Shown here in pieces: positions 55,111 through 64,000 of a DNA stretch of 64,000 nt (the first letter of the stretch is position 1; the number at the start of each line of letters is the position of its first letter). The notes under the pieces are model-generated. The model made no database searches, was not told the origin of the DNA, and was given only the letters and a program-made list of their open reading frames with translations. The translations under genes and the position numbers were made by a program. Source of the DNA: an uncultured Thermoleophilia bacterium (GTDB taxonomy: Bacteria > Actinomycetota > Thermoleophilia > UBA2241); NCBI GenBank assembly GCA_963736645.1, contig CAVTPJ010000002.1, positions 2,879 through 66,878 of the forward strand, written 5' to 3'.

Positions 55111-56357
55111 GGGGAGATCGTCGCGCGCAGCAGATGGAGAGCCGTCGTCGCGGCGAAGAGGCGCACGCTGTCACGATCGCCGGGGAAGGAGCCCTCGCGC
55201 ACCTGCGTGCCTGACGGCCCGGCGCACCCGACGTACACGAGACCGACCGGCTTCTCCGGCGTGCCCCCGTCGGGGCCGGCCACGCCGGTGATCGAGAGCG
55301 CGTGGTCCGCGCGCAGCGCGAGGCGCGCTCCCTCCGCCATCGCCCGCGCGACCTCCGCCGAGACGGCCCCGTGGCGGGCCAGCATCTCCGCGGGCACGCC
55401 GAGGAGGTCGATCTTCGCCTGGTCCGCATAGCTGACCGCGCCGCCGAGGAAGTAATCCGAACTGCCCGGCCGCGCGGTGATGCGTGCGCCGAGCAGGCCG
55501 CCGGTGCAGGACTCGGCGACGGCGAGCGTCTCCCCGCGACCGCGGAGGACCGCGGCGATGATGTCGTCCACGGTGCGACCGTCCGTGGAGTACACGGGCA
55601 CGCCGGCCTCGAGGGCGGCCACGACGGCCTCGGCCTGCCGCTCCGCGGCGGGGTCGCGACGGTGGCGGATGCGTACGGTCACCTCTCCCCCGCCGACATT
55701 GATCCCCAGCTCGAGCAGGTCGTGCGGCATCCCGTCCAGGATCGGCCCCACCTGCAACTCCCCGACACCGAACACCCTGACGGTGCGTGCGACGACGTCC
55801 GGGAAGAACCCCTCGAGCTCGAGGCCGGCGGCCGTCGCCCGCCACATCTGCTGAAATTCGTAGGGCACGCCCGGATAGGCGAAGACCCGCGTCGTCCCGG
55901 ACGTGGCGGCGATCCCCGGCGCGACGCCGGCCGGCGGCACGGGAGTGCTGCCGGCCGGGAGCATGGCCTGCCGGCGCGCCAGGGAGAACACCTCATCGAC
56001 GTCGAGGTGGCGGCGCTCCGCCACGGCGCGCGTGCTGGCCTCGACGAAGGCCAGGGCCGCCGGATCCTCCTCGAGCGGGACGCCGAGGACCTGCGCGAGG
56101 CACTCGGCGGTGAGGTCGTCGTGCGTGGTGCCCAGCCCGCCTCCGATGACGAGCAGATCGGGTCCCGCTGCCAGGACGTGGCGCAGGGCCGCCGTGAGCA
56201 GCGCGGCGTCGTCCGCGACCGTGAGAAGCTCGGTGACCTTGACCCCGCGTCCGCTCAGGTCGTGGCATACGAAGGCGCCGTTGGTGTCTCGGGTGCGTCC
56301 GTCGAGCAGCTCGTTCCCACTCAGGACGACGGCGGCGCGCGGCGCCCCGGGAGGCAT
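55107..56357 (-). CDS. cinA: CinA-family protein (MoCF-binding domain + nicotinamide-nucleotide amidohydrolase PncC domain)
   Basis: AAVVLSGNELLDGRTRDTNG...VIGGGLGTTHDDLT...LAVAESCTGGLLG...SITGVAGPDGG. Confidence 0.9.
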   Translation of the reverse strand: MPPGAPRAAVVLSGNELLDGRTRDTNGAFVCHDLSGRGVKVTELLTVADDAALLTAALRHVLAAGPDLLVIGGGLGTTHDDLTAECLAQVLGVPLEEDPAALAFVEASTRAVAERRHLDVDEVFSLARRQAMLPAGSTPVPPAGVAPGIAATSGTTRVFAYPGVPYEFQQMWRATAAGLELEGFFPDVVARTVRVFGVGELQVGPILDGMPHDLLELGINVGGGEVTVRIRHRRDPAAERQAEAVVAALEAGVPVYSTDGRTVDDIIAAVLRGRGETLAVAESCTGGLLGARITARPGSSDYFLGGAVSYADQAKIDLLGVPAEMLARHGAVSAEVARAMAEGARLALRADHALSITGVAGPDGGTPEKPVGLVYVGCAGPSGTQVREGSFPGDRDSVRLFAATTALHLLRATISP

Positions 56358-56947
56358 CAGGTACTGCTCCCCGGCATGCGGATGACGCCGCGGGCGTTCC
56401 TGAAGTAGTTCACCCCGCTGGCGAGCGTCACGATGACCACCACGATCGCCAGCACCCACTGGATGATGACGGCCACGTCCGTGGAGACGTGGATGATCTC
56501 GGCGATGTCGGCGGTGGGCACGAGGACGTAGACCACGTAGACGATCTGCAGCACGGTCTTGAGCTTGCCGTACTTGTCGGCGGGGATGGAGACCCCCTGC
56601 GAGACGCCGATGATGCGCAGCACGCTCACGGCGATCTCGCGGCCGATGATGACCATGGCGACCCACGCGGCCACCCTGTCCTGGGCGACGAGGGCGATGA
56701 GCGCGGCGGCGATGAGCAGCTTGTCGGCGAGCGGGTCGAGGAACTGCCCCAGGGTGGTGATCTGCTTGCTCCGCCGCGCGACGTAGCCGTCGAGCTTGTC
56801 GGTGGCGGCGGCCAGGATGAAGACGGCCGCGGCCAGGATGTCGCCATACGGCTCGGGGATGCCGGAGAACAGGATCACCAGGAACACGGGGATGAGCAGC
56901 ATCCGCGCGATGGTGATGGCGTTGGCGAGGTTCAGCTGGCTGCTCAC
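56357..56947 (-). CDS. pgsA: CDP-diacylglycerol--glycerol-3-phosphate 3-phosphatidyltransferase
   Basis: NAITIARMLLIP...ATDKLDGYVARRSKQITTLGQFLDPLADK (CDP-alcohol transferase motif). Typical size and position before cinA. Confidence 0.9.
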   Translation of the reverse strand: MSSQLNLANAITIARMLLIPVFLVILFSGIPEPYGDILAAAVFILAAATDKLDGYVARRSKQITTLGQFLDPLADKLLIAAALIALVAQDRVAAWVAMVIIGREIAVSVLRIIGVSQGVSIPADKYGKLKTVLQIVYVVYVLVPTADIAEIIHVSTDVAVIIQWVLAIVVVIVTLASGVNYFRNARGVIRMPGSST

Positions 56948-58269
56948 GGTCCCCCTGTCGCGGCGACGGCTTCCACATCATACCCGAGGCTGTCGTGCAC
57001 CGTGACGCGCACGAGATCGCCCCGCCGGGCGCGGGCGCCGCGCACCATCGTCCTGCCGTCGACGTCCGGGGCCTGCAACGCGCAGCGGCCCACGACGACG
57101 CCGTCAGGGCGTGACGTCCCCCGCTCGACGAGGACGTCGATCGTCTCGCCCCGAAGCTCGCCCCAGAATCGTGCCGCTTCGCGATCGATGACCTCACCGA
57201 GGCGGGCGGCGCGCTCGAAGGCCAGCTCTCGAGGAACGGCGCCCGGCATGCCGGCGGCCGTCGTGCCCTCCTGCTCGTCGTAGACGAACACGCCGGCGAC
57301 CGCGAGCCGCGCCTCGCGCACGAATGCGACCAGCTCCTCGAACTCGGCGTCGCTCTCACCGGGGAACCCGGCGATGAACGTGGACCGCACGGCCGCGCCG
57401 GGAAGCGCGGCCCGCACGCGGTCGAGAAGCGCCAGATGGGCGGCGCCGTCTCCCGAGCGCCGCATGCGGCCCAGGACGGCGCGTGAGGCGTGCTGCAGGG
57501 GCACGTCGACGTAGGGGACGGCATGTGCGGCGATCGCGTCGAGCAGCTCGTCGTCGATGCCGTCAGGCTGGAGGTACAGCAGGCGCAGCCAGTGCGGGGC
57601 GGGGTCGAGCGCCGCCAGCTCGCCCAGCAGGCGGCTCACCCCTCCCCAGCCGGGCTGCGCCCATCGCGACGTGTCCTGGCCGACCAGCACGAGTTCGCGC
57701 GCGCCGGCGGCGAGCGCGGCGCGCGCGGTCCGAAGCACTCCCTCCGCCCTCACGGTCTCGTAGTCGCCCTTGATGAGAGGGATGGCGCAGAACGAGCAAC
57801 GGCGGTCGCAGCCGTCGGAGATCTTGACGTAGGCGCTCACGGGGCGCGGCCTCCGCGGCACCCGGAGGCGGTGGCCTCCCGCTGCGGCAGCACGCCCGCC
57901 GCTCGTGCCTGCTGCAGCCTCGTCGAGGGCCGCCAGCAGCGGCGCCGTGTCCAGGCCGCACCAGAGGTCCACCTCGGGGATCTCGGCAGCGAGGTCGTCC
58001 CGGTAGCGCTCCACGAGACAGCCCACTGCCGCCACGCGGGCGCCTCGGCCGTGCGCCAGCTCGACGGCATCGAGGATGGCCTCGATCGACTCCTCCTTGG
58101 CCGCGTCGATGAAGCCGCACGTGTTGACGACGACGAGGTCCGCAGCGTCCTCTGCAGCGGAGCGGTGACCGGCGGCCAGCAGGCGCGCTGCGAGCGTGTC
58201 GGAGTCGGCCTCGTTCTTCGGGCAGCCCAGCGTGTGGATGAAGAAGGTGCTGACCGCTGTGGGCCTCAG
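56944..58269 (-). CDS. rimO: Ribosomal protein S12 methylthiotransferase RimO. The start codon is non-canonical or lost.
   Basis: The frame is open upstream of the listed ORF (56944-58035): ...VSTFFIHTLGCPKNEADSDTL...VVVNTCGFIDAAKEESI...AAVGCLVERY. Then SDGCDRRCSFCAIP (radical SAM) and a TRAM domain. No ATG, GTG or TTG lies between the yajQ stop and the LGC motif. A CTG at 58269-58267 overlaps the yajQ TGA. Confidence 0.85.
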   Translation of the reverse strand: MRPTAVSTFFIHTLGCPKNEADSDTLAARLLAAGHRSAAEDAADLVVVNTCGFIDAAKEESIEAILDAVELAHGRGARVAAVGCLVERYRDDLAAEIPEVDLWCGLDTAPLLAALDEAAAGTSGGRAAAAGGHRLRVPRRPRPVSAYVKISDGCDRRCSFCAIPLIKGDYETVRAEGVLRTARAALAAGARELVLVGQDTSRWAQPGWGGVSRLLGELAALDPAPHWLRLLYLQPDGIDDELLDAIAAHAVPYVDVPLQHASRAVLGRMRRSGDGAAHLALLDRVRAALPGAAVRSTFIAGFPGESDAEFEELVAFVREARLAVAGVFVYDEQEGTTAAGMPGAVPRELAFERAARLGEVIDREAARFWGELRGETIDVLVERGTSRPDGVVVGRCALQAPDVDGRTMVRGARARRGDLVRVTVHDSLGYDVEAVAATGGP

Positions 58270-58757
58270 CGGTAGTTCACGAACTGGACCGGTACGCCCC
58301 AGTCCTCGTCGCGCAGCGCTCCCATGGCGGCCTGGAGCTCGTCCTTGCTGCCGGAGAACACGCGCACGGTATCGCCCTGTATCTGGACCTTGACCTTCTT
58401 GAAGCGCTGACGGAGCAGCTTGTTCATCGCCTTGGCCTTCTCATCCGGGATGCCCTGGGCGATGGGCGCCCGTTGGCGGACGGTGCCGCCGAGCGCCTCC
58501 TCGACCTTGCCGTACTGGATGGCCTTGAGCGGCACCTTGCGGCGCACGAGCTTCTCCTCCAGCACGTCGACGACCTGTCTGAGCTTGCCCTCGTTGTCGG
58601 AGACCAGCACGAGCGCCTCACCCTCGAGCGTGACCGAGCTCACGCTCTTCTTGAAGTCGTAGCGCGTCGCGATCTCCTTCTGCGCCATGTTCACCGCGTT
58701 GCGCACCTCGTTGATGTCGGCTCGCGACACGACGTCGAATGAGAATTCCTTCGCCAT
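58266..58757 (-). CDS. yajQ: YajQ-family (UPF0234) nucleotide / cyclic-di-GMP-binding protein
   Basis: MAKEFSFDVVSRADINEVRNAVNMAQKEIATRYDFK...VKVQIQGDTVRV. 163 aa, full length. Confidence 0.9.
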   Translation of the reverse strand: MAKEFSFDVVSRADINEVRNAVNMAQKEIATRYDFKKSVSSVTLEGEALVLVSDNEGKLRQVVDVLEEKLVRRKVPLKAIQYGKVEEALGGTVRQRAPIAQGIPDEKAKAMNKLLRQRFKKVKVQIQGDTVRVFSGSKDELQAAMGALRDEDWGVPVQFVNYR

Positions 58758-58775
58758 GGTCTCTCTCCCTCGGTT

Positions 58776-59533
58776 CTACGGGCCCTGCGTGACGCGGCCC
58801 TGGACGATCGCGACCGTCCACGGGCCGACGTCGCTCTTGAGGTCGACCTTCTTGCCGGACGACTCGAGCCTGACGCTCGACGGATCGCCCAGGACCATCC
58901 AGATGTCCTTGCCCTTGAACTTCTTTCTGTCGCCCTTGCCGAGCGTTCCGGAATAGAGGACCTTGCCCTGGCTGCCGCCGCGCCTGACCTCCAGCCAGCA
59001 ATCGCCGCCGACGGCCTCGATTCTGATGAGATCGCGCTGCAACGCCGGAACACGGCCGTCGGGGTCGCGGTGGGCTTCGGCGTCTTGCTCGCTGCCGGAG
59101 ACGGGCTGGCGATGCCGAGAGCGTCCGGCTTGGTCTGCGGCGCGTCGCTCTTGCCCCAGTCCATGCCGAGGGCATAGATGGCCGCGAGCACGAGCAGGCA
59201 CACGATCGCCAGGATCACGATGGTGTTGCGCCCCCGGTGACTGCGCGGCTTGCCGATGACGGACGAGCCGCTGAACGGCTCGGGATGCTCGGCGGAGGGC
59301 ACCATGCCGCGCGAGCGGAACTCGTCGACGATCACGTTCGCGTCGAGCCCGAGATACGTGGAGTACGTGCGCAGGAAGCCCTTGACGTAGGTGACCCCGG
59401 GCATCAGGTCCCAGTCCTCGTTCTCCATGGCCTGGACGTACTTGACACGGATCTTCGTGTCTTCCTCGACCTGCTGGAGCGTGAGCGCACGGCGGACGCG
59501 GGCCTCGCGCAGCGTGGTGCCGATCTCAAACAC
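58776..59533 (-). pseudogene. RodZ/YmfM-like protein (HTH + TM + DUF4115) with a frame break near 59050
   Basis: ORF 58691-59533 gives the HTH (LREARVRRALTLQQVEEDTKIRVKYVQAMENEDWD), a TM span and a PT-rich linker, then turns Arg/Ser-rich. The DUF4115-like end (DLIRIEAVGGDCWLEVRRGGSQGKVLYSGTLGKGDRKKFKGKDIWMVLGDPSSVRLESSGKKV) is in ORF 58776-59201. Confidence 0.7.
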
Positions 59534-59647
59534 GGTGGATCGCGTTCTCCTCGCTCGCCGCGGGGGATGCGGTCGCGGCGGTCACCCGAACGTACAGTCT
59601 AGTAAGCGGCCGGAGTGAAGACAAACGCCGCCGGACCCCGCGAAGGC

Positions 59648-62146
59648 TCAGGCCTCGAAGGGCGCCGGCTCGGCCGCCGCAGGCGGCGCCTCCGGCGCCA
59701 CGGCCTCCGCGAGCTCCTCCGGCTGCTCGTCCGGCACGTCGCCGCTCAGTCGCGCCAGCGCCGAGGGCAGGCCGGCTTCGTCGATCAGCACAGACCGCGC
59801 CTTGCTGCCGTCGTAGCCGGAGATGATGCCCATCTCCTCCATGATGTCGATGAGGCGCCCGGCGCGGGCATAGCCGACGCGCAGACGGCGCTGCAGGAGC
59901 GCGACGCTGGCGGCGCCGGTGTTCACCACGGTCTTGATGGCCTCGCCGAGGAGCTCGTCGCCGCCGGCCGACTGCTGCGATTGCTCGGCGTCCGGGCCGG
60001 CCGGGTTCTCGAGCAGCTCCTCGTGGTAGTCCGGCTTGGCCTGCCGGCGCCAGTGCTCGGTGACGAGCTTCATCTCGGCGCTGGTCACAAGCGCGCCCTG
60101 GACGCGCAGGAGCTTGCTGCTGCCCATCGGGCTGAACAGCATGTCGCCCATGCCGAGCAGGCTCTCGGCGCCACCCTGGTCGAGGATGATGCGCGAATCC
60201 GTCTGGGAGCTCACGGCGAAGGCGATGCGCGAGGGGATGTTCGTCTTGATCATGCCGGTGACGACGTCGACGGACGGTCGCTGGGTGGCCACCACCAGGT
60301 GGATGCCGCAGCTGCGCCCCAGCTGGCCGAGGCGGATGATGGAATCCTCGACCTCAGAGGGGGCCACCATCATCAGGTCGGCCAGCTCGTCGACGATCAC
60401 CATGGTGTACGGCATGGCATCCTCGCCCGCGCGGACCAGCTTCTTGTTGAGGGCACGGATGTCCTGGCAGCCGTTGCGGGACAGCACGTCGTAGCGACGG
60501 TCCATCTCCCGGCAGATGTTGTCGAGCACGTACGTGGCCTGCTTCATGTTCGTGACGACCGGCGCCAGCAGATGAGGCACGCCGTTGAAGTTGCTGAGCT
60601 CCACCTTCTTGGGGTCGATCATGATCATGCGGACCTGGTCCGGTGTGGCGCGCAGGAGGATCGACGTGATGAGCGCGTTGAGGCAGCCGCTCTTGCCCGA
60701 GCCCGTGGTGCCAGCGATGAGCAGGTGGACCATGCGCACGAGGTCGGCGAGCACGGCCTTGCCGGTCACGTCCTTGCCGAGCCAGAACGCCATCGGCGAT
60801 GCGTGCTGCGGGAACAGGCCGTGGATGTCGCCGAGCGAGACGTAGTTGGCGCGATCGTTGGGCACCTCGACGCCCACGGCCGTCTTGCCCGGGATGGGCG
60901 CCAGGATGCGTACGTCGGTGGCCGCGAGCGCGTAGGCGAGGTCGTTCTTGAGCCCGGCCACCCTGCTCACCTTGATGCCCGGCGCCAGCTGAAGCTCGTA
61001 GCGAGTCACGCGCGGCCCCGAGACGGTGCCGATCACCTGTGCGGGGATCTTGAAGTGATTCAGGGTGCTGACGAGGCACTCGGACACGCGGTCGATGGAG
61101 TCCGGAGACTCCCCGCTGCCCTGCCCGAGGCGCCGCAGCAGCGCCGGGTCCGGCAGGGCCCACTGCCTCTTCTCCGCCTCGGCGAAGGCCAGAGCCACGG
61201 CTCTGGCCTCGGCGTCCTGCTTCTCGACGCCGGCGCCCGCCAGGGACAGCTGCACACCGTCCTCGGCCGCGACGACCGGTTCGGGTTCGGGCTCCTCAGA
61301 CAGCAGCGAGGCCTCGCCGAAGATCTCCGGTGCCTCCGAGACGCCGTCGATGAGGTGCGGCCCGCGAGCCGGTGCCGGAGCCGAGTAGTCCAGTGCCGGA
61401 GTGATCGACGTACGCATGAGGTCGCCGGAGTCGATGGTCGGCGTCTCGTCGAGATCCACGACGCGTGTGCTCGCGGCGTCGCGGCGGCGGGCGCCCAGGA
61501 CCTCCGCCTGGCTGCGCGCCGCACGACCGGCCGCGGCGACGCCCTCTTTGGAGTGCGAGGCCCACTGGCGCAGCGACGACCCGGTGACCAGCAGCAGGCC
61601 GGCGGCGATGAGCGCGACCACGAGGATGTCGACGCCGACGCGCCCGACGAACGGGCTGAGCACCGCCCACTGGACCTCGCCGAGGATCCCGCCGTGGATG
61701 CTCATGTAGTCGTCCCGGAACAGCGGCACAGGGCGTTCGCCGGTGAAGACGCCGAAGGCGTCGGCGGCAGCCGCGAGCGCGACGCCGGAGACGATGAGGC
61801 CCACGCCCCAGCTCAGACCCCGGCGAGGGCGGCGCTCCTCCCTGACCACGAGGAGATACGCCACCAACCCGAGGATGAAGGGCAGCGCGAAGGCGAGGAT
61901 CCCCACGAGCCACCGCACGACGTCGCCGAGCCACCGCCCGAGCGAGCCGCCGTCCCAGCCGAGGTACAGCACGAACGCCAGGAACACGGCGACCGCCAGG
62001 CAGCCGATCGCCGCCAGCTCGCGGCGATGCCGCGAGGCCGGAGGCTTGGGTCTGGCCCTGGAGGACGCCGCGCCGGCGCGCGGTCCCGTCGTGCTTGCCG
62101 CGGCGCCCGCGCGCCGACGTGCCTGTTTCGGGCGTGCAGTCGCCAT
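59648..62146 (-). CDS. ftsK: DNA translocase FtsK
   Basis: ATG at 62146, N-terminal TM segments. Motor domain LLIAGTTGSGKSGCLNALI (Walker A), MVIVDELADLMM (Walker B). C-terminal gamma winged helix: ASVALLQRRLRVGYARAGRLIDIMEEMGII. Confidence 0.92.
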   Translation of the reverse strand: MATARPKQARRRAGAAASTTGPRAGAASSRARPKPPASRHRRELAAIGCLAVAVFLAFVLYLGWDGGSLGRWLGDVVRWLVGILAFALPFILGLVAYLLVVREERRPRRGLSWGVGLIVSGVALAAAADAFGVFTGERPVPLFRDDYMSIHGGILGEVQWAVLSPFVGRVGVDILVVALIAAGLLLVTGSSLRQWASHSKEGVAAAGRAARSQAEVLGARRRDAASTRVVDLDETPTIDSGDLMRTSITPALDYSAPAPARGPHLIDGVSEAPEIFGEASLLSEEPEPEPVVAAEDGVQLSLAGAGVEKQDAEARAVALAFAEAEKRQWALPDPALLRRLGQGSGESPDSIDRVSECLVSTLNHFKIPAQVIGTVSGPRVTRYELQLAPGIKVSRVAGLKNDLAYALAATDVRILAPIPGKTAVGVEVPNDRANYVSLGDIHGLFPQHASPMAFWLGKDVTGKAVLADLVRMVHLLIAGTTGSGKSGCLNALITSILLRATPDQVRMIMIDPKKVELSNFNGVPHLLAPVVTNMKQATYVLDNICREMDRRYDVLSRNGCQDIRALNKKLVRAGEDAMPYTMVIVDELADLMMVAPSEVEDSIIRLGQLGRSCGIHLVVATQRPSVDVVTGMIKTNIPSRIAFAVSSQTDSRIILDQGGAESLLGMGDMLFSPMGSSKLLRVQGALVTSAEMKLVTEHWRRQAKPDYHEELLENPAGPDAEQSQQSAGGDELLGEAIKTVVNTGAASVALLQRRLRVGYARAGRLIDIMEEMGIISGYDGSKARSVLIDEAGLPSALARLSGDVPDEQPEELAEAVAPEAPPAAAEPAPFEA

Positions 62147-62205
62147 GAGGGGATGTTCGACGCGGGTGCGCGAATCCCTAGCGCCGGGGCCGGTCCTCCC
62201 TGCCG

Positions 62206-63870
62206 TCAGACCTCGACGACGACCGGCATGATGAGCGGCCGGCTCTTGGTACGCCGGAAGACGAGTTCCGAGAGCCGCAGACTGATGTCCTCGCGAATGA
62301 GTTTCCGGCCGGTGACGTGCTCTTCGCCCAGCTCCTCCATGAGCTCGTCCAGCGCGACTCCACACTCGTCGAGGACGCCCTTGAGACGCTCGTCGTCGTG
62401 CAGGAAGCCGCGGGCGACGAGCTCAGCCGGGGCGACGGTGTCGCCCGACTGGGCGTCGACCGTCACCACGGCGATGAGGATTCCGTCCGCGGCCAGCTGC
62501 TGGCGGTCGCGCAGCACGACGCCCTCGGGATCACCAAGCTCGGAGCCGTCGACGAACACCATGCCGGTCGGTACCTTGTCGACGATCTCGCCGTTGTCGG
62601 CCTCCAGCTCGAGCACGTCACCGTTCTCGAGGATGAAGATGTCCTCGTCGGGGATGCCCGACTGGCGCGCCAGCTCGGCGTGAAGGTGCTGCATGCGGTA
62701 TTCGCCGTGGACGGGGACGAGGAACCGCGGTCGCGTGAGGTTCAGCATCATCTTGAGGTCTTCCTGGGCGGCGTGGCCGCTGACGTGGATGCCGCTGCGC
62801 TCGCCGTAGATCACCGCGGCGCCGACCTTGAGCAGACGGTCGATGGTGGCCGTGACGCTGCGCTCGTTGCCGGGGATCGCCTTCGCCGAGATGACGACGG
62901 TGTCGCCCTCGTGCAGTTCTACCTGCGGATGGTCGTTGAAGGCCATGCGCGTGAGCGCCGAGAGCGGCTCGCCCTGGCTGCCCGTGGAGAGGATGAGGAT
63001 CTCCTCGGGCCGGTACTCGTCTATCTGCGTGAGCTTGATCATCGCGCCCTCCGGCACCTTGAGGTAACCGAGGTTGCGGGCGATGTTGGCGTTCTTGACC
63101 ATCGAACGACCGGAGAGGGCGAACTTGCGCCCGTGCATGTGAGCGATGGTGATCGCCTGCTGGATGCGGTGGATGTGCGAGGCGAAGCTGGCGACGATGA
63201 CGCGGCCCTCGGCCTCGGCGAAGATCTGGTGGAAGGCCTGGCTGACGGTGGCCTCCGAGGCGGTCGAGCCTGGGGCCTCGGCGTTGGTCGAGTCGCCGAG
63301 CAACGCGAGCACGCCCTGCTCGCCAAGCCGGCTGAAGGCGTCCACGTCGGTGACGCGGCCGTCGATCGGCGTGTGGTCGAAGCGGTAGTCGCCGGTGAGC
63401 ACCACGGCGCCGAGATCGGTGCCGAGCACGATCGAGAGCGAGTCGGGAATGCTGTGGCTGGTGGCGATGAAGGAGAGGTCGAAGGGGCCCAGACGCAGCC
63501 TGGACCTGTCGCTCACCTCGTTCAGCTCGACGCTCTTCAACAGACCGTGCTCCTCGAGCTTGGACTGGATGAGCGCAAGCGTGAAGCGGCTGCCGTAGAC
63601 GGGCCGGTTGAGACGCCGGAGGACGAACGGCAGCGCCCCCTGGTGGTCCTCGTGGCCGTGCGTGATCACGAAGGCGAGCACGTCCTGCTGGCGCTCGATC
63701 AGCCACCGGATGTCGGGGAGCACGAGGTCGATGCCGAGCATGTCCTCGCTCGGGAACTCGACGCCGCAGTCGAGCACCACGATCTTGCCGCGATACTCGA
63801 CCGCGGTCATGTTCTTGCCGATCTCGCCGAGTCCCCCGAGGGGGATGATGCGTACGGCGTCTTCAGTCAT
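62206..63870 (-). CDS. rnj: Ribonuclease J
   Basis: IIPLGGLGEIGKNM...FVITHGHEDHQGALP (metallo-beta-lactamase HxHxDH). Beta-CASP region and ...HVSGHAAQEDL. 554 aa, full length. Confidence 0.95.
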   Translation of the reverse strand: MTEDAVRIIPLGGLGEIGKNMTAVEYRGKIVVLDCGVEFPSEDMLGIDLVLPDIRWLIERQQDVLAFVITHGHEDHQGALPFVLRRLNRPVYGSRFTLALIQSKLEEHGLLKSVELNEVSDRSRLRLGPFDLSFIATSHSIPDSLSIVLGTDLGAVVLTGDYRFDHTPIDGRVTDVDAFSRLGEQGVLALLGDSTNAEAPGSTASEATVSQAFHQIFAEAEGRVIVASFASHIHRIQQAITIAHMHGRKFALSGRSMVKNANIARNLGYLKVPEGAMIKLTQIDEYRPEEILILSTGSQGEPLSALTRMAFNDHPQVELHEGDTVVISAKAIPGNERSVTATIDRLLKVGAAVIYGERSGIHVSGHAAQEDLKMMLNLTRPRFLVPVHGEYRMQHLHAELARQSGIPDEDIFILENGDVLELEADNGEIVDKVPTGMVFVDGSELGDPEGVVLRDRQQLAADGILIAVVTVDAQSGDTVAPAELVARGFLHDDERLKGVLDECGVALDELMEELGEEHVTGRKLIREDISLRLSELVFRRTKSRPLIMPVVVEV

Positions 63871-63903
63871 AGTGTTGCCTCTCTGTGCGGGCGACCGGAG
63901 GGC

Positions 63904-64000
63904 TCAGGCGTCGATCAGGCCGAGCCGTCTGAGCTCCGCGGCCACCACGGATTCTTCTTCAGGGGTTGCGGGCACGAGCGGGAGGCGCAGGCCTCCGACC
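63904..64000 (-). CDS. dapA: 4-hydroxy-tetrahydrodipicolinate synthase, C-terminal 32 codons only (remainder beyond the window)
   Basis: Translation ...VGGLRLPLVPATPEEESVVAAELRRLGLIDA* matches the usual DapA C-terminal pattern (R-L-P-L-x-P). dapA-rnj adjacency is common. The fragment is short, so confidence is modest. Confidence 0.55.
   Translation of the reverse strand, partial: VGGLRLPLVPATPEEESVVAAELRRLGLIDA

Overview
Chromosomal window from a very high-GC bacterium (about 70% by eye, not computed). It has monoderm-type synteny: ftsK, rodZ-like, yajQ, rimO, pgsA, cinA, thpR, recA, recX, rny, miaB, miaA, dapF, dapL, hflX, dut. Actinobacteria-style elements sit alongside, including an FHA + MerR pair and an RsiG-like motif protein. 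I guess a deep-branching Actinobacteriota-like lineage, but this is not provable here. From 33 to 64 kb the window is mostly intact housekeeping genes, plus an mglBA/DUF4388 GTPase module. From 0 to 33 kb it is envelope and accessory DNA: gmd, a giant InlB-B-repeat surface protein, a BNR-like propeller, a GT4 glycosyltransferase, two LbH acyltransferases, a 2xPPC secreted protein, a beta-helix (pectate-lyase fold) protein with a Pro/Thr linker, a PHP-domain secreted protein, and a lower-GC patch bounded by two tRNA-Pro(GGG)-type sequences. The best candidate for an undescribed system is the divergent cassette at 16.1-23.2 kb. It holds two ATP-grasp ligases, a CelD/BcsL-like double-GNAT, a BKACE (3-keto-5-aminohexanoate-cleavage family)-GNAT fusion, a glutaminase-less asparagine-synthetase-like PP-loop enzyme and a trailing 78-codon ORF. 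I cannot map it to any pathway I know. Caveat: at least five genes need 1-nt frame corrections, and the repeat gene needs many, so consensus indel error and real pseudogenisation cannot be separated from sequence alone. No CRISPR array, transposase, integrase or rRNA was seen. All homology calls rest on motif and sequence recognition by eye, with no database search.
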